Positions 1 through 17,371 of a stretch of DNA of 64,000 nucleotides are shown here, piece after piece. Numbering within the stretch: position 1 is the first letter of the stretch; each line of letters starts with the position of its first letter. The stretch is taken from the NCBI RefSeq assembly GCF_009914755.1, contig NC_060928.1; one strand, written 5' to 3'. Below the pieces are notes generated by a model, which had not been told where the DNA came from, searched no databases, and worked only from the letters and a program-made list of their open reading frames with translations. This stretch comes from the human T2T-CHM13v2.0 reference genome, Homo sapiens. A program made the translations under genes and the position numbers.

Positions 1-14
1 AAAGAGAATGATAA

Positions 15-463
<449 letters not shown>

Positions 464-1082
464 TAAATCTTATTTTATATCAATTCAACACTTGATTTAA
501 ATATTTAAAATCAAATTCATATATGTGGATATGCATATATCTTTACTGATAGATAATGAAACCTAGACATTTATAGATAAGATCTAGGACCAAAGGAGAT
601 TTTAGTGCCTTGATCAAGGTCCAAGCCAGGTATTAACAGAGCTGATATTCCACACAACACCAAATTCCCTCTCAAAGTGCCAAACACTTCCTTTTCTCTA
701 TTGATATCAGGGATGACACAGATATAAACATATACCACCTCCAAGGACAAAACAGTGTCTGGTATCTTCATTAGCAGGCAATGGTTAATTGTAATGAGGT
801 GATATGGCTCTTACTTAAAAGGTGGTGGATAACTCCCATCAGTTATAGTTTTATAAACCTTAAAGATCTATACTATTATTTGCTAGAAGTGATAACAAGA
901 GAGGAACACAGAACTTTTAAACAAACTGTTGAAAATCATAACTTAGAGAATATTTGTAGATGAGAAAGTACTAAGAAAGTAAAAATAGCTTTTCCAGGAA
1001 AGTTAAATGTGTAATATCAATGGTGTCAAAGATTATTAGTTCTCATGGCTATATGCTTTGGGATCCTCTACTTCAATGTTTC

Positions 1083-1210
1083 TCATTGTATTTATTAAAC
1101 AACTGGGAATCTTGTTGAAATGCATATTCTGATTCAATAGGTTTTGTGTCGCCCAAGATTCTGCATTTCTTACAAGCTCCCAAGTAGCATCAATGCTGCT
1201 GTTCCACAGC
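1083..1210. mobile_element. MER5-like hAT DNA transposon fragment
   Basis: ctgggaatcttgttgaaatgcatattctga...gcccaagattctgcatttcttacaagctcccaagt resembles MER5A. Confidence 0.6.
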
Positions 1211-1286
1211 CCCTGCAGTTCAAGTTGCAAAGCTTTGAAGTGTAAAGTTACATCATTTGTGCCTCTGAATGACACTAGGCACCAAG

Positions 1287-2753
<1,467 letters not shown>

Positions 2754-3282
2754 AAAGGGAGTTCTAGGAGGCAATGGAGAATACAATAAGCAAGACAAAG
2801 CAGCAGCAGCCTATGAGCATATTGCTTGCCCAGTGGTCTTGCGAGAACGGCTTCTCTGCATTCAGCATCTCAGTCAACTTCACATGCGTATCTGGATCTC
2901 ATACAAGATGATGGGTCTTTCTAGAAGTTACATATTTTGCCTAATTGACTAGAAGAGAGGATAGTGAAGAAGTTAAATTGAAGGCATATGTTCTGATCTG
3001 AATTTTATACTTGTCTCCATTTAATTTTAAACAGCTTTTCCTGTCATCCTTTAATTTAAATTATGTTGCCCCATAATTCCCACCTAAGAGCCTATTCTTT
3101 TCCTTCTTAGCATTTACCTGAATTTGAAATATATTTATTTGTCTCTTTATTTCCTCAGTATCTTGCCTCCCACACTTAGATTGCAAGGTTTATAATTTGG
3201 ATCAAGACTGTTCTGTTTACTAGTATCTATCTAGCACATGTAAGTACTTAATGAATATTACATTTTGGGGGCTTGGGGGATT

Positions 3283-3575
<293 letters not shown>

Positions 3576-3634
3576 CTGACAGGCATAAGCTATAGCACCT
3601 AGCCTAAATATTAAGTTTAAAAAGACAAAAAGTG

Positions 3635-3908
3635 AGCTGGGTGCCGTGGCTCACACCTGTGAGCCCAGGGCTTTGGGAGGCTGAGGCGGGTGGATCGCTT
3701 TGAGCTCAGGAGTTTAAGACCAACTCGGGCAACATGGCAAAACCCCATATCTACAAAAAATACAAAAATTATGGCTCACGCCTGTAGTCACAACTACTCA
3801 GGAGGCTAAGGTGAGAGGATCACTTGAGCCCGGGAGGTGGAGGTTGCAGTGAGCCGAAATGGCACCACTGCTCTCCAGCCTGGGTGACAGAGCAGGACCC
3901 TGTCTCAG

Positions 3909-3954
<46 letters not shown>
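3635..3954 (+). mobile_element. Alu with a 46-nt pure poly(A) tail
   Basis: Alu body; A46 at 3909-3954; TSD AAAAAGACAAAAAGTGA. Confidence 0.9.
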
Positions 3955-3956
<2 letters not shown>

Positions 3957-4719
3957 CAAAAAGTGAACAGGTCATTAATTCATGGAAAGATGAAATGGCA
4001 ACTCCTATTTCTTTATACTGCCTTCAGTGTCTAAAGCACAGCCATACTGTCCATCGTCAGTTCCAGTTGGGTGGAGGCTCTGCTCACTTTGTTCCCTGCT
4101 TGAGCCCAGTGCCTAATATGCTGCCTTGCTTCAAGAGCTCAGTAACTAGATGTTGAAGACATATTCATGCTAGGGTCTGAGTGAAGGAGTTGTTATCTGG
4201 AAGTTGGCCCACAAAGTAAAGAAAATTGTGCTCTGCCTCTAATTCTTACTTCACACAGCATTCAATACAGGATCTTGCACACACTGTAGTATCAATTCAA
4301 CCTATGCCTGTGGATTGAATTAAGTTCATGAAGGGAACTAAGCGAACGTTATTGCCTGTAGAATTTAGACATGCTCTCTTTGGGAAGAGGATTTTCTAGA
4401 TCTACTTCTATAAGGCCCTCTGCTAGACACTGTGGGCTGTGGGGACTGCCTACTCTGCCTTGCTAATAGAACACTGCTTTTTTTTAAGTCTCGTTCTGTC
4501 ACCCAGGCTGGAGTGCAGTGGCGCTATCTCGGCTCACTGCAACCTCTGCCTTCTGGAGAACTTTGCTTTTTATAAGGCAGGAACATGCCCAGACTAAGGT
4601 AAAGAATCAAAATTGGCACAAAGCCAATTTTGTGCCAATCTGCTGCATATTAAAATCACTGGGGAAATGTTAAAAAATACTGATATCTGCAACCCACTTC
4701 AGCCAAATAAGAATCTCTG

Positions 4720-5040
<321 letters not shown>

Positions 5041-7339
5041 CTACCTCAGGATTTTCCTAAACATAGTAATCATACTTTAAAATCTTGTTATTCAAAAATT
5101 ACACTTTAGAATCTCCACATACAACTCAAAGTACGAGACCTATAACTGCATAGTGATTTGTCTTTTTGGTTTTTTTTCCTAGAAGTATTCTAGGAAAAGC
5201 AAAAGAATATTCAACAGTAGCCTGGCTCTAGCCATTTGCAATTAAAATGAGAAGGTGAAATGTGGCATCACACACTATTGTAGATTAGAACAGTACTTTG
5301 TTTCATTAATGGTTTTATAAGCCTGATTTTACTACTCAAGAGTAGTAATGAGTTGTTTCTGTGTTGAATGAACCAGCACATTAGTTTTAAAGTGATGTGC
5401 CATTCATGCTTTAGGGCTAATAGAGAACAGAAGCTGTGTCCTTGTTTGGGAAGAAAAGATGAACTAAAAACCTTACTGGATGAATGTACAAATGCTCTGG
5501 TGAGCATTTTGAAATGAGAGGTATTAGTTTGGTTTCTTGTGTCCAATATGAGGGGAAAGGTAGGAGGTTTTCTACTGAGGGATCAAAGAAAAATGTAGAC
5601 CACTGAATGATATGTGTGCATTCACAGCAAATATGTAAAAATAACGTGTATATAAATAGTAGAGTGTGGGCACAGTCATTTAAAATTTTAGAACAGTGGG
5701 CTAAAATTTCTTTAAAGGTTATCTAGACGTTGCTTTTAAGCATTAGGGGGTCCTATATAAGTTTCATTGAGTAATGGATTATATAGGATAAATAAATTCT
5801 TGCCCAAATTTTACACTCATTTACTGGGTAACATTAGGCAAGTTATTTAACATTTTTGGGTCTTGAGAAGCACAATCATGGTACTTTTGTGTCTCGTACA
5901 TGACACATCATTATTTGTGCAGAAAAATGTGAGGGTTATTTGGGAGAAATTGTATGTTGTTTCATTCCAATTTAACATATCTGGCATTTGCCATATTTTA
6001 AGAGAGATATTTAGCCTTTGGATAGTTTGTGTGGGCCAACAGTTCTTTTTAGTTTATCCCCCAGGCTTTGCCAAGTGGCAACCAAACCAATATCTATTGC
6101 TCTTCAACAACTTCAAGGTCAGCATTGACCAGTCAATATTATAGCCCTTAGTCCAGGAGAACTTTCTAAAAGGATTTTAAAGTGCTGGAAGAATACATTT
6201 AATCCAAAATACCACATGCTTTCCTAAGAAAGCTTGGAAGCCTTAAATTTAATATGAATGAAAATAATCTTAAAGTAGTATTAAAATTTACTTATGATAA
6301 CTTTCCTTGAAATTTATAAACCAAGTTTTCTTTAAATTAATGATAGCTATAAATGTACTACGTCTACCCTGTGCTCATAAAAATTCATGTCCATATTTAT
6401 TTATTCAGGAGGAGTAATCTGCTGTAAGATTGATCAAACCATGAAATGTATCACAGTGAATAGGACTCCAAGTAGAAGAGAGGAGGAGGCTCTGACTTTT
6501 ATCGATGAAGCCTGAATGATGTGCCTCTCCCTAGGGCACTATTCTAAGCATTCTGATTTTTCTGCTGCTTCTCAGAATCCCTTGTCTTTTAAATAATTTC
6601 TTGCTGTCTAGTCTTGTCTTTGGACATATACACATAGTTTATTTTTCTGTCTGAAAAATTATATCGCTTTTCAACAGAAAGTACAAAATCTCTCAAATTA
6701 CTCTGTACATAAATCAAACTGTCTCTCATTCTATATCACAGTAGAATCATGCTGGATCCTGGTGGGAATATCCACCACCGTCCCACTCTCAACAAGGACT
6801 GGGCATATGACAAAACTAACTGGACCAGGCGGACACTCTACTTCTCTGCTAGGAATCGGAATCTTGAGCAGAGTGATGCTGGGTGGAATGAAGGTAGTTG
6901 GAGTTAAATCCTTCCTGTGGTCATACCAAAAGAGACTGCCCATAAGTTTATTCTATAAAGACCCCCAAGAGTTGTCCTGGTTTCTATCCCACCTCAAGGT
7001 CAGGTGGTTCTGTTTTCCTTTATTCTGTGAATTACCCAATGTTCTTCCATGCTAGGGTGCAGGAGTGGTAGAAAGCACTTAAGTTAGCTGAAGCCAATTT
7101 CTGTAGCTTGCAATCAAAGATCTCCAATTGATACAAGCATAAAACATGTATATAAACAAAATAAATAAACTATGTAAGACAATACAGTACATCATAGATG
7201 CCAAACAAATAACACAGATAGCAGGGGTTGCAATACTCAGAGGAGCTAGATATATCTATGGTCTGATAAAGTCAAGGAAGATTTTATAAAGGAAATGGGT
7301 TATGTATCTTTGAGTTACTGTTGCCCATCCATTGGGCAG

Positions 7340-7590
7340 CATCTATGAAAGATCAATAGCAGTATAGCATCGAGTTAATAGCTCAGGCTCCAAGTCAGAG
7401 AGAACTTGGGCTTAAATCCTGGCTCTGTCTGGCTATATAATTTTATTCAGGTAAGTTAACCGTTAATGTCTTTGCTCCTGTTTCTTTATTTGTAAAACGT
7501 AAGGATTAATACTCATATGATAGGTTCACTGTAAGCATTAAATCAGATAATGCTTGTAAAATGCTTAGCACAGTACTAATATGTACTCAA
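7340..7590 (+). mobile_element. MIR
   Basis: gggcttaaatcctggctctg...tttctttatttgtaaaa...attaaatcagataatgcttgtaaaatgcttagcacagt (MIR core). Confidence 0.7.
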
Positions 7591-7605
7591 TTTTAAAAAG
7601 AAATG

Positions 7606-7900
7606 AGCCGGGCACTGTGGCTCATGCCTGTAATTATAGCACTCTGGGAAGCCAAGGCAGGAGGATTACTTGAGCCCAGGAGTTTGGGACCAGCCTAGGC
7701 AACGTAGCGAGACCCCTGTCTCTACAAAAAATTTTAAAAATTAGCTGGGCATTGTGGTGCATGCCTGTAGCCCCTGCTACTTGGGAGGCTGAGGTGGGAG
7801 GATCACTTGAGTCCAGGAGGTTGAAGCTGCAGTAAGCCATGTCTGTACCACTGCACTCCAGCCTGAGCAACACAACAAGACCCTGTCTCAAAAATAAATA
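7606..7900 (+). mobile_element. Alu (AluJ-like)
   Basis: Sense Alu dimer. Confidence 0.9.
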
Positions 7901-8377
7901 AGTAAATAATTTAAATTTTGAAAATGAAAATAAATGAATCAATGGTGTGTTTCTTGGCAATGATTGGGAACTCAAACTCAAATACCCAGGGTGAATGGAT
8001 GAAATTGTACAATATCCTTGATCTGAGAAAAGGACGAGAAAGGAATCCATTTCTCTTGCTGCCTCCTATCCAACCCCCACCCCACCCCTACACCGTCACA
8101 CACACATACATTTTCTGAGGATAGAGGGAATCTCATCAAGGTTTTTGTGAAGCTTTAATTATCCACGAAGCCTTTAATAGTGTGCCAAAGTTATTTCATT
8201 TGTCTTGTAATAACCCTGCGAGGTAAGCCTTCTTATCACTGTTACACACAGAGGATACGATGTCTTCACCCAGGCCACAGTATCACCTGAAGATTAAGAA
8301 ATGGATTTTTATCAGTTTGCTGCCTTTCTTAAATCATAAGGCCTCTGTTCCTTTTATATTTGGCCAAACATGACTAA

Positions 8378-8717
<340 letters not shown>

Positions 8718-9029
8718 AATTTCTTTTCATAAGGAAGCCTTTCAGGATTTTTCAAACAAGATCTACTTTAGCTTTCCTAGAGAGAAAAAATTATCCTCTA
8801 AAGTTTAAGATTCTTGAGAGAGATGTAGGCCTATAAGTATAATCAATTTAAAGGTGATATTCTAGAAGTATGCATAATAAGTTGGAGGAATGGATTCTAG
8901 CTGGGAGAGTTTAGGGAGCCTTGATACTTCTTTTTCTGCTACTCCATATAATCTATTCTTCTCATAGGAGCCAAAATGGCATTTTAAAATATGAACAGAT
9001 CATACAGATTTCCTTGTTTATATCCTTTT

Positions 9030-9580
9030 GTTCCAGTTATTATAGCTATGTAACAAATTACCCCAAACTGCAATGGGGGGAAAACAGCCATTTTGTTTTG
9101 CTTGTGTATTATGTGGCCTAGGATTCAGGCCCAGCAGAGATGGCTTTGTCTTTGCTCCATGATGTCTGAAAGCTCAGTTGATGCAACTCAGGTTGGGACT
9201 GAACTCAGCTGAACACTCCTCTTGCAGGACTGGCTGTTGGCTGGGAGCTTGAGGTCCCTCCAGATGGTTTCTCTATGAAGACTTTGTGCTTTCTTACAGC
9301 GTGGTGGCTAGGTTCCAAGGGAAGATGTTAGAGGAGAGAGAAACACACACACACTCATACACACACACACAGAAAGAGATTATGACCTACCTGCAAAAGT
9401 TACATCACCTCACTTCTGCCATATTTGATTGGTCAGAGAAGTGATATGCCCCTTGCATACCTCAAATTGAGGGAACATAGACTCTACCTCTCAATGGAGA
9501 GTGTCAGTCACTTTGTAAAAAGAGCATGTGGTTGGGATATATACTGCGGCAGCTATCTTTGGAAAATTCCATCTACCACA
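9030..9580 (-). mobile_element. MLT1 (MaLR) LTR, MLT1G-like
   Basis: gtaacaaattaccccaaact at one end; the minus strand begins TGTGGTAGATGGAATTTTCCAAAGATAGCTGC. Confidence 0.65.
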
Positions 9581-9710
9581 CCTTTCAATAGTTTCCTAGA
9601 ACAATGACGCCTGGCTCAGAGTAGGTGTGCAGCACATATTTGTTGAGGGATGAACTGAGTGAATAAGAAGGGATGGTGTTTATTCTGAGCCTTAAAAGGC
9701 AAGCTACTGA

Positions 9711-10016
<306 letters not shown>

Positions 10017-10019
10017 GAG

Positions 10020-11130
10020 ATTTTTTAAAAACAACTTTGCTGAGCTATGTAATTCACATATATTACAACTTAAATGCAAAATGTAACCTTTACAATCAAT
10101 GGCTTTTAGTGTATTTGCAGAGTTGTACAACCATCACCACTAATTCCAGAACATATTTTATTATCCCAGAAAGAAACCCCATACTCACTAGCATTCACCC
10201 TCCATTTCCCTCCAACCCCTAGCAACCACAAACCTACTTTCTTTATAGATTCACCTATTTTAGATACTTTGTATGAGCGACTGGACTCATACAATAGGTA
10301 GTCTTTTTCTGATTGACTTCTTTCACTTAACATTATATTTTCAAGGTTCATCCATGTTATGGCATGTATCAAGAGCTTCACTCCCTTTTATTGCCAAATA
10401 ATATTTCATTTTATGGACATATATTTTATTCATCTATTCATCAGTTGATAGAAATTTGGATTGTTTTTGCCTTTTAGCTACTGTGAATTATGCTGCTCTA
10501 AACATTTGAGTACATTTTTGTGTGGAAGCACTCTTTTATTTCTCCTGAGTATATATCTGGGAGAAGAATTGGTGGGTCATATGGTAAGTCTATGTTTAAC
10601 TTTTTGTGGAACCGCCAAACTGTTTTCCAAAGTGGCTATACTATTTTACATTCCCAGCAGCCATGTGTGAGAGTTTTGATTTCTCCACATCCTTGCCAAC
10701 ACTTGTTATTACCTGTCTTTTGGATTATAGCCATTTTAGTAGGTGTGAAGTCATTTTTCATTATGATTTATCCATATGGATGATTTATCCATTTCTGAAG
10801 AATAATGATGATGAGCATCTTTTGATGTGCTTTTTGGCCATTTATATATCTTCTTTAGAGAAACGTGTATTTAAATCGTTTGCCCATTTTAAAATAGGAT
10901 TATCTCTTTATTATCAAGTTGTCATCATTCTTCAGCATATCCTGAATTTAAGTCCCTCTTCAGATATATAATTTGCAGAAAATTTTTCCTATTCTGCAGA
11001 AAAGGTTTTCACTTTTCTTATGTTATTCTTTGTAGCATAAAATATTTTAGTTTTGATGGAGCCCAATTCATCTATTTTTTTCTTTTGTCAGCGTATGCTC
11101 TTGGTATTGTATCTAAGAAAACATTGTCTA
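10020..11130 (-). mobile_element. L1M (L1MB-like) 3' fragment
   Basis: Minus-strand ORF 10106-10381 reads TWMNLENIMLSERSQ (L1 ORF2 C-terminus); typical L1M 3' UTR. Confidence 0.85.
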
Positions 11131-11149
11131 ACAAGCAAGTGTTTTTATA

Positions 11150-11790
11150 GTTAAGGAAAATTTGGATGTGGGGGAGAAATAACAAGGGGGAAAGAGCCAT
11201 GTAAGTTAAGGCATGGGAGAATGAAAGCACCTGGCAAGACGTTTTCAGAATTCAACATATTTGGAGGCAGAAGGGTAGAAAGGAGGGAGTCTACAGTGCC
11301 CAGAGCATGAAGGATTTGTATACGGCAGAGGGGTAGAGATTTGAGAGTCGTTACCATAGGTACAGTAGCAGAAATCACAGAAGTCTATTCGGTTGCTCAG
11401 TGTATTATACTAAGAAGAGAAGAGCTCTGAAGCTGGAACTCTGGGGAGTGCCAAAATTTAGAGAGGATAAGGAGCTCACAATGGAGGTTGGCCAAGAGTG
11501 ACCAAAGATATAAGAGGTAGTTGGGAGAGATTGTGTTACAGGGACCAAGAGAAGAACACGTTCCAGAAAGAAAAGTGTGATCCACAGTGTCCAATAGTGG
11601 TTAAATAAGACAAGGATGGAAAGAGTCCACTAAAATTGGCATTTGGTTGGTCATTGCTGACCTTGGTCAAGGCATATCAGTGCTTCAGTAGCAGAGAGAA
11701 AGCCTGATTGTGGTAGAATTAAGTGCAAAGGTGCATAGGAAGCTTTAGGTATTAAGGAACCACTCTTCCCTGAAGCTCGATCATGAAGAA
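11150..11790 (+). mobile_element. L2 fragment
   Basis: Purine-rich decayed L2; minus-strand translation DTVDHTFL resembles L2 RT (FDTVDH). Confidence 0.55.
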
Positions 11791-11804
11791 AAGAACAGTA
11801 TTCA

Positions 11805-12070
11805 CAGCACTTTGGGAGGCCAAGGCGGGCGGCTCATGAGGTCAGGAGACAGAGACCATCCTGGCCAACATGGTGAACCCTGTCGCTACTAAAAATACAA
11901 AAATTAGCTGGGCGTAGTGGCATGTGCCTGTAATCCCAGCTACTCAGGAAGCTGAGGCAGGAGAATCGCTTGAACCAGGGAGTCAGAGGTTGCAGTGAGC
12001 TGAGATCACATCACTGCTCTCCAGCCTGGTGACATAGTGAGACTCCATCTCAAAAAGAAAAAAAAAACAA
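11805..12070 (+). mobile_element. 5'-truncated AluS
   Basis: Starts at cagcactttgggagg; TSD GAAAAGAACAGTA. Confidence 0.9.
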
Positions 12071-12206
12071 AGAAGGAAAAGAACAGTAGTAACCCAGATT
12101 GATACCCAGGGTCAAAGCCAGGATTTTATTTAAATGACCTCAAGCACTTGTATCTGTCAGAGTTCAGTGAAGAAAATCAAAAGCATTCTAGGTATTTGAA
12201 GAATTT

Positions 12207-12520
12207 AGGCCAGGCAAGGTGGCTCACACCTGTAATCCCAGCACTTTGGGAGGCCGAGGCAGGCAGATTGCTTAAGCACAGGAGTTTGAGACCAGCCTAG
12301 GCAACATGGCAAAACTCCATCTCTAATAAAAATACAAAAAAAAAAAAAAAATTACTGGTGTAGTGGTGCCCGTCTGTAATACCAGCTACTCAGGAGGCTG
12401 AAATGGGAGGATTGCTTGAGCCCAGGAGGTCAGGGTTGCAGTGAGCTGTGATCATGCTGCTCCACTCCAACCTGGCTGACAGAGAAAGACCCTGTCTCAA
12501 TAATAATAATAATAAAAATA
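12207..12520 (+). mobile_element. Alu
   Basis: Sense Alu dimer with a (TAA)n tail. Confidence 0.9.
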
Positions 12521-13623
12521 AAAATTCATGAAATTATGTGCTTACAAAATCAGTGGAAGTGCTGGAGGGCCAGAAGTCAAAGGGCCATCACTGAACTTTT
12601 GGCTTCAAGATGACATCACTACTGCTACAATCCATGGCTTCCACCACTGCTACCACTGTAGCTGCCACACCATAGTCTCCCTGCTCCACCTCTGAGATAG
12701 CAAAGGGGAAAAGGACGACAGCTGGTTTAGATTTTTTGAGCTGGTTTAGATGACCGTGGATGTGGAAGCAGGAAGTGAAGACGTGCTCCTTCCCATATGT
12801 AGCAACCCAAACATATACTGGTTAGAAACAGAGCCCTGTTTCCAAATGGATAGTCGTATGTGATTATCCCAGAGCACCGTGTACCAAGCACTGCAGTCAG
12901 AATGTACTCTCTGGTTTAATTTTCACAACAAGAGCACTAGGGGAAGTCAGCTGCCCATGTAAGCAGTTTTCCAAGTCACATGGCTAAGAAGTGATGCAGC
13001 CACAATTCCAACCCTGGCTTGTCTGACTTCAGCTGTGCTTCCCTGGCACGGTCACCAAGCAAAGACATTTGCTACCTGCCCACTTGGGACAAAGCAGAGA
13101 AGAAGGGCTTTTATTTTCAACCGACCTTCCAAGAAATTGGTTTAGAATACTCCAAAATGACCTTGGAAAGAGCCCTGCTCACCAGTCCTGGAAACTAGAC
13201 ATAAACTGGGTCCTGTTTCTTATGTCTATGCCAACAATTGATTCACTGGATTGGCATTTCTCATCCCCAATTTAATCGGCCTGTCAAAGTTATGTCTTCT
13301 TTAATTTAAAAAAGAATCATATTACTACTTTTTAAGACATTGACAAATCCAATTGATCAATCACCACTGCATTCCATGTTACTCTATCACATTAGAGAGC
13401 AGAGGCTGTATTGGCTATGCTTTATGACACATCAAAAATAAAATAAGACATGAAAGCTTTGAACATTACTGCTATGGTATCAGTCACATGAAAACAGGAA
13501 AGCCGTGATAAAATGCCTTGTCATCATCTAATATCTTCACTCTATTACTCAGTGTAAGGTCACTTATATATGAAGCACTTTTATAGGAAGCAATTAAAAG
13601 AAACCTGTAAATAAAACCTCATA

Positions 13624-13940
13624 GGCCGGGCACAGTGGCTCACACCTATAATCCCAGCACTTTAGGAGGCCGAGGTGGGAGGATTGCTTGAGCCCAGTAG
13701 TTCAAGACCAGCCTGGGCAGCACAATAAGACCTCATTTCTACCAAAAAAAAAATTGTTTAATTAGCCGGGCTTGGCAGCAGGTGCCTGTGGTCCCAGCTA
13801 CTCAAGAAGCTGAGGTGGGAGAAACACTTGAGCTGGAGAAGTCAAGGCTGCAGTGAGCTGCGATTGTGCCACTGCACTCCAGCCTGGGTGACAGAGCAAG
13901 ACCCTATCCCCAAAAATAAATAAATAAAAATAAAAATAAA
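13624..13940 (+). mobile_element. Alu (AluJ-like)
   Basis: Sense Alu dimer. Confidence 0.9.
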
Positions 13941-14303
13941 TGCTGACAATTTAATATCTGTTCTATTTAAACTATTATAATCAGATATAATCCTATCAAG
14001 AAAGCTAAAAAAAAACTAGGCATCCCAGCAAGTTTATATAACAGTATATTTTTTAAAAGATACTTAATTTACTCTGTATTACTTGATAATTGTGTCCATT
14101 AACTATTCAACAATTTATTCATTTATCAAACATTTATTGATGGCTTATGGAACTACCTCTGTAGGTTACTTACTTCAAAAACTCATAGTGTAATGGAGGA
14201 GACGGATGAGTGAAAAAATTCAACCAAAATATTTAGTCTTCATCTTTAAGGAAAAGAGTAAAATGGGGGCCAGAACAGGGAAAATGTTCAAAGTTAAGTG
14301 AGG

Positions 14304-14626
<323 letters not shown>

Positions 14627-14989
14627 TTACTTTGTAATCATGACAGTTGTATATTGTTTGAATTTCTCTCCAAGCATATATGAGTTGATAATTTTGAAAT
14701 ATGGTAAAATGTAAATGTTAATGAGGTTTATATCTTAGAAATTATTAATATGATTTTTCTCTTCTGCTTTTGCTGGAACATATTTTTCTTAGTGGGCCCA
14801 AAATACTAACCAGCCTCAGAAGGAGATTAAGTAATTTGTTATACAATAGCAACATTTGTCACTTACTGTGTCCCAGTCACTCTTCTAAGTAATTTACATG
14901 TAATGCAAAGAGACAGAATTAATACTCAATTTCTGACCTTTAAAATAAAATTGTGCAACCAAACAATAGCCTTAAAAACCAGGCTATTA

Positions 14990-15291
14990 TAATTTTTTTT
15001 CTTTTTTCTTTTTTTTAGACAGGGTCTCACTCTGTCACCCAGGCTGGAGTGAAGTGACAGAATAGTGGCTCACTGAAGCCTCAACCTCCTGGGCTCAATG
15101 GATCCTCAGTCTCCTGAGTAGTGGGAACTACAGGCATGTGCCACCATGCCCAGCTAATTTTTTTGAGGAGGGGTAGATATGAGGTCTCACTAAGTTGCCC
15201 AGGTTTGTCTTGAACTTCTGGGCTCAAGTGATCCCTCCACCTTGACCTCCCAAAGTGCTGGAATTACAGGCGTGAGCCACCGCACCTGGCC
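14990..15291 (-). mobile_element. Alu (AluJ-like)
   Basis: Antisense Alu dimer. Confidence 0.9.
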
Positions 15292-15365
15292 TCAAGCTAT
15301 TGTATTAGAAGAGGACTTTTCAAATTATTTTATTAACCTTCATCCCCTATCTATTAGAAACCAAG

Positions 15366-15405
15366 TGTATTAATCAAGTTTCTCCAGAGGAATGGAACCA
15401 ATAGG

Positions 15406-15443
<38 letters not shown>

Positions 15444-15889
15444 CACATATGTATACTTACATTAATATATTTCTCACATATATTCTACATACTATAGATA
15501 TATATGAGAATTGGCTCATGTAATTATGGAGGCCCAGAAGTCCCACCATCTGCCATATGCAAGCTAGAGAACCAGGAAAGCTGGTGGTGTGATTCAGTCT
15601 GAGTCTGAAGGCCCCAGAACTGGGCACTTCAGTGTGAAGGGCAGAAGAAGATGAATGTCCCAGCTCAAGGAGAGAGAGGATTTGCCCTTCCTCCACCTTT
15701 TCACTCTATTCAGGCCCTCAACGGATTGGGTGATGCCACCCACATTAGTGAGGGTGGATCTTGTCTACTTATTCAAATGTTACTCTCTTCCAGAAACACC
15801 CTCACAGACACACACCCGGAAATAATGTTTCACCAGCTATCCAGGCATCCTCAACCCAGTCAAGTCAACACATAAAATTAACCATCACA
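15366..15889 (-). mobile_element. MLT2 (ERVL) solo LTR containing a (CA)n microsatellite at about 15408-15441
   Basis: The minus strand starts TGTGATGGTTAATTTT; flanks CCAAG/CTGAG are consistent with a CpG-decayed 5-bp TSD (CCGAG). Confidence 0.8.
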
Positions 15890-17371
15890 CTGAGCCTGGA
15901 GACTTAACTCAGAGCATTCTCTCATACTGCAGAGAAGACACCCTCCTGTTATAAGGAGAGGAGCAGGGCCATGGGTTTAACTCCTCTAAGTAGAAGGGCG
16001 ATGGGTTACAGAGGAAGAGGAGGAGGGAAGTCATTCCTCTTCTGTCCCAGAATTGGGGGAAGGAAAAGGAGAGACAGACAGAGCCAGGGACAGAGACGAA
16101 GAAGCAACGCAGTCAGATGTGTGTCCTGACTGTGCATGAGGTGACTGGGGGAAACACCAAGGACAAAAGGGCATCGTTCTCCCCAACTCCCCATCTGAGA
16201 CTCTGAGAAGAGACTTTACCGCAGGCTACCTCATCTCAACCCTAGTGGGGCCAGCATGGCCAGGTAGAGGGAGGTTATGAGGTTTAACTTGAGAGTCTTC
16301 TAAAGTTTCCACAGGGGGCCCTATGACCCAGAAGTCTATGAGAATCTGGCGGGGATCCATAGTGCAGGTGAGGCAGGTGAAGGACTACCAGGTAGGCCAG
16401 GACTAAACTGGAGTCACAGCCAGAAGTCAGAGGTGTCCTGCAGGGAGGACCCAGGGGAAACCGAGGGAGTCAGAGAGAGCTGATAAGGAATCGCTCCAGC
16501 CCCAGACATCAGCTGCATTGCCAGCCATGCTGAGAGCTACCAGGGGCATAAAAGTCAACAAGGTGGAGGACACTGTTCCCAAGACCTCAGGGTCAGGCAA
16601 CCCCATTCCTCCGCGGATACAAAACACCTAGTCAACATCTTGGGGCTGAAAGGGTGAGAAATCTGACAGCTGAGCTTTTCTTTTCCTACACAGACTAACC
16701 TCTCTTAAGGGATTGCTAAGTGAGTAGATCAGATTAAGTTTAAACCAGGAAGGATTTAAAAGTTAATTGTTTTTACTCCTCACCCACAGGTGGGATTCAA
16801 GGAAGAAGGCTGGACTCGTTAACAAAGGGACTATATAATGTCTCCATACTTCTGAGATGCGATGTGAGTTAAATTCACAATCCTGCTAAATAAATTTAAA
16901 AATCAATGACAATACAGACGACTATTAAATGCTATGAAAAGAAGCATAGGGTACTATGGGACTTCTAGGCAGCAAAAGTAATTGCTGTATGGCATCAGAC
17001 CCATGGAGCACCCAGCCTGGGATCTGGTCTTCCCAGTGAAACCTCTGCACATTTGCTGAGGATTGGAGCAAGGGAGCATGGTTGATCCCATTTTGTCAAG
17101 TGGAAAATTAAAAGCATTCCCATTCTCTCTTTAGCATCCATTGATTTATCCAACTCTTCTTGAATATTTTAATACATCTGTACTAACTCTTGGAGGCTTC
17201 AGGTATCTGTAGAGAATATTTCTGAAAGTTCTGTTTGTTAGCATCCAATTTTGGAGTGTTAGAGAGGTGAAACAGGCCCTGTCTGTGTATCAGAATATTC
17301 CTCTTCCAATGCATTTTTCCCTTAAGAAGAAAAATAAATATACTCTATTTATGTGCAAGGTTTAGATAGTA

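Noticed and set aside
6735-7120. 97-aa and 70-aa ORFs over a probable ancient ERVL-type LTR remnant
   Set aside because: No homology recognised; too decayed to call confidently.
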